DNA of 51,973 bases, taken from the IMG/VR virus record IMGVR_UViG_3300024256_000012, positions 1 to 51,973 of that record. One strand, written 5' to 3'. A program made the position numbers and the translations under genes. Positions 45,311 to 51,973 of the stretch are shown here, one piece after another. The first letter of the stretch is position 1, and each line of letters opens with the position of its first letter. Source of the DNA: a virus (Duplodnaviria > Caudoviricetes). Below the pieces are notes generated by a model. It was not told the DNA's origin, searched no databases, and saw only the letters and a list, made by a program, of their open reading frames with translations.

Positions 45311-45838
45311 TTACACACTTGGGTTGGTTGCTCTTGGGTTGAACCTATACTTGATTGAAAACTCCATAACTAAAATTCCATAGCCGTGGGATTCACTCCA
45401 CTGTATACTTGAGGTCATCCCTCTCAATATGGTGGCTTCAGCATATCCACCTTTTCTTAAATCTCCACCACACATCGCTAGAGTTATATCACCATACAAA
45501 TCGTCCAGCGCATCTTCCATACTTCCCACTTTGTCCATAGTGTCTTTTCGTTTCTCTTTTATGACACCGACTATAAACAAAGTCATACCATTTGTCAAGT
45601 CCATTTCCGAAGTTCCTGAAACATACTCCTCAGCAGTCAAAGGATAGAAGTTTGTTGGGGCATCTCCTAAAAGAAAACAAGCAGGCAGATCGTGATCACG
45701 CAACTCGTTGATATCAGTAAACTCTCTGCTGATAAGCTTCAGGGTGTTAATATAATTTCCACTACCATCGATCAGGGGCAAGGTGGTCCCATAAATGTAC
45801 TCTTTGATCTTGGCTCGTTTGTTAACTAAATTGCCCAT
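45311..45838 (-). CDS. Tail terminator-like protein
   Basis: DLPACFL motif, C-terminal VMEFSIKY strand, position before the tube genes. Confidence 0.65.
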   Translation of the reverse strand: MGNLVNKRAKIKEYIYGTTLPLIDGSGNYINTLKLISREFTDINELRDHDLPACFLLGDAPTNFYPLTAEEYVSGTSEMDLTNGMTLFIVGVIKEKRKDTMDKVGSMEDALDDLYGDITLAMCGGDLRKGGYAEATILRGMTSSIQWSESHGYGILVMEFSIKYRFNPRATNPSV

Positions 45839-46431
45839 TATATTTTTGCCTTTTTGAAAGTTTGTTCAACCGACTCTCTAAATATTTTTAGCACAGTTGC
45901 TTTCGAGTCCTTCACTGCTGGCTTCAGGAAAGGTCGTTTGGGGATTTTGATAGAAGCTTTTGTGCCTCTCCCAAATAGATTGCTAGCATTAATCGTGCCA
46001 CCCTCTTCCTGTATCCTAGCGTATGGAGTATTGCTTCCAATGATTCCTTTAATCCTACCAGCCCCAACATGTATCTCTCTGATGGATTCAGTTTTGCCTT
46101 CTCCAAAATCCTTCGAGCTGGATTTGACTCCTCCACTCACTAGAGCTTTAACAGAGCTTGGGAGATTAACTTGGCTGAATCTGAAGTTGCCTAGCACAGA
46201 GCCGATAAGCCTATTTGATCGGCTTGTTAATTTGTTCGGCAGGGCTGGAAGGGTTATTGCCTCCACAGTGCTCGAAGTCGGCCTGAAATAATCCATAGCC
46301 GAAGTGATAGCAACTTCCTGTAAAGCTAGGGCAACAGCATCTTTAAGAACATGCTTGTGTAGCTTAGCAGCAAACTTTTTAATCTGAGATTGCTTCGCTG
46401 CGAAATTGGTATTGACTTTAAAATCACCCAT
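45838..46431 (-). CDS. Neck/tail completion protein (HK97 gp10 / virion morphogenesis-like)
   Basis: IGSNTPYARIQEEGG...IPKRPFLKPA. Confidence 0.8.
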   Translation of the reverse strand: MGDFKVNTNFAAKQSQIKKFAAKLHKHVLKDAVALALQEVAITSAMDYFRPTSSTVEAITLPALPNKLTSRSNRLIGSVLGNFRFSQVNLPSSVKALVSGGVKSSSKDFGEGKTESIREIHVGAGRIKGIIGSNTPYARIQEEGGTINASNLFGRGTKASIKIPKRPFLKPAVKDSKATVLKIFRESVEQTFKKAKI

Positions 46432-47375
46432 CAGGTTAGTGGCCTTTCATACTTCTCTAAAATAGCTCTAACAGCTGGATGAAATTCACCAGTAAGATAT
46501 TCAGTCACCCCAATCGAGCTAACAGCACCGCCAGTGGACTTTCGCTTAACATCTAAACGTCTGCCACCTAAGTCACTATCATTATAAATTCGAGCCACAA
46601 CCATATTACACGCCAGCTGTAAATCTTCTGGGATTCCTAAAACTCCGAAGTCAGATTCAAGCTCACTAGCGAAGGCAGTGTCATCCTCATTAAAGCCGAT
46701 CAAAGAAGCAGCAGACCTATAAGCATATGTTCCACTATCGAATACAAATTGGACCGAAGTGCTATCAGTCTCAACTTTGAACTTCCCAGTTCTGGAGTTA
46801 TAGGTCACTGTAAAAGTAGCACCACCAATTAGGTCCATCTGAGTTTTAATTTCAGTTGCTAATTCATTTGCTGTATAACTCCCAGCATCAAGCTGAGCAT
46901 TTATTTCTGAACTGACTCCATCTTCATTAAAGTCAATTCGATCATTAACATCCTCTTCAACTATGAACTCGTCATAGCCAGCTCGATAAGTTAATTTGAC
47001 ATTCAAAGTTCCTTTAGCAAATGTTTGCCCGAAGGTAGCGACTGGAGACAAAACAATCATATATGAATCATTGTCAATAAGATAATCAGCAGCAGGTTTT
47101 AAAGTATCTGATCCAAACTCTCTGCTGTTATCGTCATACATCGAAGTTATGCTGATAACTGGATACTGAACTGGATAATAATTCCTGCTCCCAGTCCCAT
47201 CCTGATATTCAACTTTTGTTCTGGCTCGAAGTTTGCGCTTGACAAAAGTCTCGATATGCCCAGAAGCTTTGCTGATCATGCGTTTGAGTTTATCATCGTT
47301 ATCAGTGTCAGTACTATCCTTGTTGATATAGTCCTTAAAACTCTCAATTGTTGTCAAATCAAATCGACTCATCAT
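46431..47375 (-). CDS. Head-tail adaptor (gp6/gp15-like) with inserted domain
   Basis: LTTIESFKDYI, ASGHIETFVKR, YPVISITS, NVKLTYRAGY, then an insert, then IPEDLQLAC...ILEKY. Confidence 0.85.
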   Translation of the reverse strand: MMSRFDLTTIESFKDYINKDSTDTDNDDKLKRMISKASGHIETFVKRKLRARTKVEYQDGTGSRNYYPVQYPVISITSMYDDNSREFGSDTLKPAADYLIDNDSYMIVLSPVATFGQTFAKGTLNVKLTYRAGYDEFIVEEDVNDRIDFNEDGVSSEINAQLDAGSYTANELATEIKTQMDLIGGATFTVTYNSRTGKFKVETDSTSVQFVFDSGTYAYRSAASLIGFNEDDTAFASELESDFGVLGIPEDLQLACNMVVARIYNDSDLGGRRLDVKRKSTGGAVSSIGVTEYLTGEFHPAVRAILEKYERPLT

Positions 47376-47851
47376 TCACCTCTGTGGACATTTAAGTTAA
47401 TGTCTTGGAGTTCAATTAAAATCATTTCGCCAGCTTTAAGTTTTGGATACACCATCTTGTAAAATCTCTCGAAAGCTTTTGTGCTGTTTTTGATATAACC
47501 TTCACCCACATTATTATTATTGGCATCGTCACCGACTAGCACGCAAGCTTCGGTATCATCGGCATCATTCCCAATATGCATATAAACATAATCATAGTTT
47601 GGCACGTCCAGTATCTCGATATGAAATTCAAACCATTCAAATCTATTCCGATACTTCTTTGTCAATGGTGTAACTTCTTCTCTAATTCCTAGCGTATACA
47701 TAGCACGTGGAATGCGAGTCTCACCAGCCACTTTTACATCACGAGCTTCATCCTCAAGGGCATAACAAAACCATCTCCCATTCCAGAAGAGGAGGTCAAG
47801 CGTGCTCTCACCATTATCATTGTAGCTCAATATGTCAATTTTATTTAACAT
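47372..47851 (-). CDS. DUF5675-like putative endolysin (L,D-transpeptidase-like fold), start set at Met 47851
   Basis: FCYALED, TRIP, DVPNYDYVYMHIGNDADDTEACVLVG with a His/Cys pair; lies next to holin-like genes. Confidence 0.75.
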   Translation of the reverse strand: MLNKIDILSYNDNGESTLDLLFWNGRWFCYALEDEARDVKVAGETRIPRAMYTLGIREEVTPLTKKYRNRFEWFEFHIEILDVPNYDYVYMHIGNDADDTEACVLVGDDANNNNVGEGYIKNSTKAFERFYKMVYPKLKAGEMILIELQDINLNVHRGE

Positions 47852-47853
47852 TT

Positions 47854-48408
47854 TCAATTCGCCAGCGCCATAATTAACATGCCAAGGATAACTCCTCCAC
47901 CACCGACCTTCCACAATAAATCTGGATCAACCCCAGTGGTGATCGTATCAGGTGGTGGGAAGTCTAAAATGAACGTGTCTATGACAGCGTGTCTCCTTAT
48001 GTTTATTGGAGGTGGAATAAACTTTTCATGAAGCGCAATCCCAATCTGATATTCGATCTGGGAAAGGCTATCAACACCGCTAAAATTTAAGCTAACATCA
48101 GAGCTCATTTCAGGCAATATAATTTCACCATGGCTCGTATCGGTTATGGCTTCCAAAAAAGCTTCCACCCAATTGGTATCATTCACAGAATGTCTCGTTG
48201 TATCTCGATATGTCTGTCCAAACTCTTTTACAAACTTGTCGTAATCATACCTAACAAAGCCGATACGAGCTTGTTCAGCAATGGTGGCACTATCTGGTGC
48301 TGAGATATTCGCACGAGCTAGAACAGGTGGTTTCGGCCATAATAGCCAGCAAATCACCCCAGATGCCAGCAAAAGGAGGAAGATCAGTATGAGAATAACA
48401 CGATTCAT
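47854..48408 (-). CDS. Membrane protein with N- and C-terminal hydrophobic segments (lysis-cassette accessory, possibly spanin-like)
   Basis: MNRVILILIFLLLLASGVICWLLW... and C-terminal GGGGVILGMLIMAL. Confidence 0.6.
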   Translation of the reverse strand: MNRVILILIFLLLLASGVICWLLWPKPPVLARANISAPDSATIAEQARIGFVRYDYDKFVKEFGQTYRDTTRHSVNDTNWVEAFLEAITDTSHGEIILPEMSSDVSLNFSGVDSLSQIEYQIGIALHEKFIPPPINIRRHAVIDTFILDFPPPDTITTGVDPDLLWKVGGGGVILGMLIMALAN

Positions 48409-48409
48409 T

Positions 48410-48586
48410 CTAATTCTCTTTGAACTTCGAGACTCCATCAACTCCAGATTGGCCACCCAGATAAGTCAGCGAGATAAGGCCGACAGCAGAAATTGCCGCT
48501 GTAGCCTTCTCAACATCATCTATGAAATAGGCTAGAGCGAATATCATGACAACGGCTAAGACCGCAAATGTTAATTTTTTACTCAT
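48410..48586 (-). CDS. Putative two-TM holin, 58 aa, not in ORF track
   Basis: MSKKLTFAVLAVVMIFALAYFIDDVEKATAAISAVGLISLTYLGGQSGVDGVSKFKEN*; two TM segments, YxxGQxxVD motif, charged tail, AAGGA RBS. Confidence 0.75.
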   Translation of the reverse strand: MSKKLTFAVLAVVMIFALAYFIDDVEKATAAISAVGLISLTYLGGQSGVDGVSKFKEN

Positions 48587-48876
48587 GGAATTATAATTCC
48601 TTGTTTAGTCGCCATTTGTTTCAATATCGAGTTATTTTGCCCAACTGTTTTCTGGACAGCTTTGAATTCTGCCTTGTAATTAAGATCGTGAAACACCACA
48701 GTATCTTTCAAGGTCTCAACATCATCTCTAATCTCCACTATGCTCTGCGCATTATCATTTGAGTTTGACAAAGCCGTTGTTGCTGTATAATCGACTCCGA
48801 AAACAAATCTGCCGAATCCAGCCAAAACAACTATAATCGCCAGCACACTTCCAATTAACACTATTTTCTGTTTCAC
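48583..48876 (-). CDS. Single-TM coiled-coil protein (lysis-cassette associated)
   Basis: N-terminal TM segment followed by a heptad-like region. Confidence 0.6.
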   Translation of the reverse strand: MKQKIVLIGSVLAIIVVLAGFGRFVFGVDYTATTALSNSNDNAQSIVEIRDDVETLKDTVVFHDLNYKAEFKAVQKTVGQNNSILKQMATKQGIIIP

Positions 48877-49259
48877 GCCAACATCCCTTTCATCATTTCA
48901 ACTATTCCAAAATACATTATTGCCCACCTCAATAACTGCCCAATCACAGCTCCACCCAAATCCCAAACGAAAGCATCTTGAAAACTAAACTTGTCAGACA
49001 AGATCATGTTCCTGATTATATAGTTTTCTATCTTGAACCAGAGATGTGTCTGTGGCTCTCTCAAATACTGCCATCTTGGATCATCGTACCAATACACGCA
49101 TCCATCTTTAATCTCCCAAGCGATGCCTATAAAATAAGTCCAGCCAAAGCCCAAAAATATTCCACCCAAAATAGAACCACAGAAATGGAACTTGTTATGG
49201 AAATTGAAAATGAGTTTATCCAAATCATTATTAAAGAATTTGGGCCTTGGCTTAGACAT
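48873..49259 (-). CDS. Membrane protein with NKxH...WE..D...FSxxD motif
   Basis: NKFHFCGS...GIAWEIKDG...FSFQDAFVWDLGGAVIG resembles YfiM/VanZ-like membrane proteins. Confidence 0.55.
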   Translation of the reverse strand: MSKPRPKFFNNDLDKLIFNFHNKFHFCGSILGGIFLGFGWTYFIGIAWEIKDGCVYWYDDPRWQYLREPQTHLWFKIENYIIRNMILSDKFSFQDAFVWDLGGAVIGQLLRWAIMYFGIVEMMKGMLA

Positions 49260-49272
49260 TTGTCATAACTCC

Positions 49273-49713
49273 TTATTTGACCGCTTCAAGTTTTGGTTCA
49301 GGCTTTGGTTTATCTTCATAGCCTTTTGCGCCACCTTCGTCAACGATCACGCCAGCCAAGTCCTCTAGAAACTCAGCAGAACTTTCTGGGAAAGCTTCGT
49401 CAAAAGTTTTAGCTGGGATAGCTTCGACTTTGTACTCAGTGATATCATCCATAGCATCTTTCAAATCTTCTTCAAAGGCTTTGAAATTATCAGTCGCAGG
49501 TTTCACTTCCCACTTCCCAGTTTTAGGATTCTGCTCGCCATACTCTTTGCGCTTCTCTTCAACCGTTTCATAATACTCTTTCAGGTCATCCCACAAAGGT
49601 CGGATTGCCTTCTTGATCATACGGCTGAATTTTGTTTTAACTTTTGCTCTGCGAAGTTCTGCGAGTGAACTTTCTCTCATCAATAAACTTCTCAGCGTCA
49701 TCTTAACTTTCAT
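49273..49713 (-). CDS. Hypothetical helical protein (DUF1617-like)
   Basis: Charged helical 146 aa; EEKRKEYGEQNPKTGKWEV pattern; AAAGGA RBS. Confidence 0.55.
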   Translation of the reverse strand: MKVKMTLRSLLMRESSLAELRRAKVKTKFSRMIKKAIRPLWDDLKEYYETVEEKRKEYGEQNPKTGKWEVKPATDNFKAFEEDLKDAMDDITEYKVEAIPAKTFDEAFPESSAEFLEDLAGVIVDEGGAKGYEDKPKPEPKLEAVK

Positions 49714-49757
49714 GTTGTGGTTCCTTTCGGTTTCTTCGGTTTGTGTTACTTGTCTTT

Positions 49758-50258
49758 TTAATTACTATGCAGAACGCACATTGCTAATCCTGCTCCAACT
49801 GTTGCTTCCAAGACATGACCTATTTCTTGGAAATGCTTGTCACTAGAGAATGGTGAACTTGGTGCTGCTTCTTGGTGAGCATAGCCGATAGTCCCACCAT
49901 CAGCAGCCACCTGACTTCTTACAAAGTATCCAAGCACCGCTGCCTCTTCAATATAAACATATGCACGGCCATTCCCGACCACCCAGCACTCTTCTCCATC
50001 AGCAACCTGATTGCCATCATCATCGCCATAAACAATTCCTATCTGGTCAGCTTCATCATCAGGACATAACTCAAAAGCAAAATCAATGGTAGCATGGTGG
50101 TGAGCTATCGTCCCCTTGATTGAGGTGGCACCAGTTTTGTTTATCATCTTGGTTGCCACCCCACCATCAGGAGTTAAAAACAAAGCATTGTTTATGTTGA
50201 TTCCTTTCTCGCTATTGACGCCAGCAAGAATAGGATCACCGACATTTTTTGTAGCCAT
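49758..50258 (-). CDS. Capsid fibre/decoration-like small virion protein
   Basis: IGIVYG...VADGEECWVVGNGRAYV...EIGHVLE pattern seen in DUF2190-like proteins. Confidence 0.55.
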   Translation of the reverse strand: MATKNVGDPILAGVNSEKGININNALFLTPDGGVATKMINKTGATSIKGTIAHHHATIDFAFELCPDDEADQIGIVYGDDDGNQVADGEECWVVGNGRAYVYIEEAAVLGYFVRSQVAADGGTIGYAHQEAAPSSPFSSDKHFQEIGHVLEATVGAGLAMCVLHSN

Positions 50259-50277
50259 GATAAAACTCCCCTATGAA

Positions 50278-50718
50278 TTAATCAAGTTTTGTCAAAAGGA
50301 TAGGCCAGAGAAGATTCCAAACCTCAGTTTGATATCCATCGAGACGTGTTTGCATTTCTTTACTACACGAGCCATGCACTTCAATCTCTTGAGCAACACA
50401 TTGGATCAATTGATCCTTCTCAATAGGCAAAGCTTTGCGAAGTTCATTCACTTCCTTAGTTGCTTTCAGAAAGTCCTTTCTGACTTGGCCATCGGTTTGG
50501 TACTCGATGGAGAGTTTTATCAATCGGATGATATATGCTGCGCAATCATCCCCATCAACCATAGCGATAGTATCAAACAGAGCTTCTTGAGTTGGATTAG
50601 AGCCAGCTCCATTTTCCTTGAAGGATGCACTGTCACCCTGTAGGTCCTCATAGGCAACTGCATCGCCAGTTCTAAAAACATTTGCTTGAAGTGGGTCACC
50701 AGTATTGCCAATTGCCAT
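50278..50718 (-). CDS. Hypothetical protein
   Basis: AGGAGTTTTATC RBS; N-terminus MAIGNTGDPLQANV resembles MATKNVGDPILAGV of the next gene. Confidence 0.65.
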   Translation of the reverse strand: MAIGNTGDPLQANVFRTGDAVAYEDLQGDSASFKENGAGSNPTQEALFDTIAMVDGDDCAAYIIRLIKLSIEYQTDGQVRKDFLKATKEVNELRKALPIEKDQLIQCVAQEIEVHGSCSKEMQTRLDGYQTEVWNLLWPILLTKLD

Positions 50719-50729
50719 GATAAAACTCC

Positions 50730-51812
50730 TTAGCTGTTAGAGCTTCTGGAAAGCTCAACCCACTCTGTGCCGTTGTGTAAAAACTCGATTCTGTCATCAA
50801 CGTGGTCCATAACGAAATCAGCACCACCAGCACAGATGAATGCCCCTGCTCCAGTTCCATCCTTAACAGTGATTTGATTTGAAGCCCCTGAAGCATTTGG
50901 GGATAAGATCAATCTCGCTCCATTCGTTCCACCACCACAAGTAACAAGGTCATCAGCTCCAGCACCTGGCCCACCAACAGGGATAACTTTCAACCAACTT
51001 TTTTCAGTAGTCACGTGACCAGAAGCATTCAATGTCGATACACCTGATTCATGTATTAAAAGTCTTTCCACAGTAAAGGTACACCCAAAGATTCCAGCCT
51101 GACCATTTCCATCGTCAATCTTGAGGAAAGAACCATTGCGAAGTTCATCCCAATCTCCAAGGTGGTAAATTTCATTACCCCAGTCAATATCCAGACCAAT
51201 CGGTGAAGTGCCTTCCCTTGTTTGAACGAGCTCATTATTATTATCAATGATCAAGTTCTTTTCGTTGAAGGCTCCATCCCAGTCGCCCACTTCGGTAAAT
51301 TGATTGGCATTATCAATCCTGAATCCTTGTTCAGTTGTTTGAATAGTCCTATTGAAGTCATCCAAGATAAATTGCGTTCCATTAACAACATAATCAATGT
51401 CTCCAATTACCATGCCATAGTTCGGAGTAGCTTCCATTAGCAATCCACCGCCTTGGCCAAACAGGGTCAAGCCATTGGTGTCGGATAAGTACATCTCAAC
51501 AGTACCAAACTTAAATGAATGAGTCCCTTGGGCAACATCTACTGTGAACAAAGCCCCATTCCCATACCAATCATCGATATCACCAAGCTTAATAGTTTCC
51601 CCTTGTGTTAAAACTTCAAGGAAGCGACCATCAGTGTTGCCAATCCAAGTTGCATTTGTATTATCTTCAACTCTTAGCAGGTTCCCGTTGTATAATGCTT
51701 CAGGGTCACCTAAGCTGAATTCCAGACCACCAAAATCTAATTTCAGACCAATAGTATCTGAACCAAACCCACCGTCATAAAATGCGAACATGTTAGCTGC
51801 AACATCTAGTTC
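50730..51812 (-). CDS. 3' part of the junction-spanning fibre/adhesin-like protein
   Basis: The frame stays open upstream of the listed Met 51791 (...ELDVAANMFAF). Repeated GDxD...NG...hDD units; C-terminus FLHNGTEWVELSRS is typical of fibre ends. Confidence 0.85.
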   Translation of the reverse strand, partial: ELDVAANMFAFYDGGFGSDTIGLKLDFGGLEFSLGDPEALYNGNLLRVEDNTNATWIGNTDGRFLEVLTQGETIKLGDIDDWYGNGALFTVDVAQGTHSFKFGTVEMYLSDTNGLTLFGQGGGLLMEATPNYGMVIGDIDYVVNGTQFILDDFNRTIQTTEQGFRIDNANQFTEVGDWDGAFNEKNLIIDNNNELVQTREGTSPIGLDIDWGNEIYHLGDWDELRNGSFLKIDDGNGQAGIFGCTFTVERLLIHESGVSTLNASGHVTTEKSWLKVIPVGGPGAGADDLVTCGGGTNGARLILSPNASGASNQITVKDGTGAGAFICAGGADFVMDHVDDRIEFLHNGTEWVELSRSSNS

Positions 51813-51973
51813 AAAGGAAAGACCTGAATAAACATCCCCACCTCTGACTGCACTTGAATTGAGGTTGATAGATTGGTCATCGTCATCCAGAAGAAAGTAT
51901 GTACCTGAAAAGTTAGTATCAACATCACCGAGTTTTATAAGAGGTGTATAATCTCCAGGGATTTCTCCAATAA
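51813..51973. repeat. Terminal direct repeat, right copy
   Basis: 161-nt match to 1-161 with one mismatch. Confidence 0.95.

Noticed and set aside
1-51973. Prophage/temperate module, tRNA genes or alternative genetic code
   Set aside because: I recognised no integrase, repressor, host genes or tRNA cloverleaf. Genes are full length in the standard code and end in TAA, TGA and TAG.

Overview
This window looks like a complete, circularly permuted genome of about 51.8 kb from a tailed dsDNA phage (siphovirus-like, HK97-type head). Bases 1-161 recur at 51813-51973 with one synonymous mismatch, and one fibre-like gene of about 908 aa reads across the join. Essentially all credible genes are on the minus strand. 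In transcription order the modules are: terminase, portal (fused to a gpF-like domain), protease, capsid and decoration genes; a large fibre gene; a lysis cassette; neck genes; two paralogous tail-tube genes; a tail chaperone with a -1 frameshift; tape measure and hub; a replication block; and many small early genes preceded by a repeated motif. The replication block holds a candidate histone-fold protein, SNF2 helicase, SSB-like protein, DnaG-type primase fused to an MCM-like helicase, DnaE polymerase and an H1-like protein. The strongest candidate for an undescribed system is a translationally coupled five-gene nucleotide-handling cassette between the primase-helicase and DnaE. It encodes an FAD oxidoreductase, an all-alpha NTP-PPase/HAD fusion, a DUF1599/Nmad1-like protein, a ThyX with a non-canonical motif and a SAM methyltransferase. 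It coincides with an apparent genome-wide absence of CCGG. I found no integrase, tRNA, CRISPR array or reverse transcriptase. All family calls come from motif recognition by eye, not database searches.
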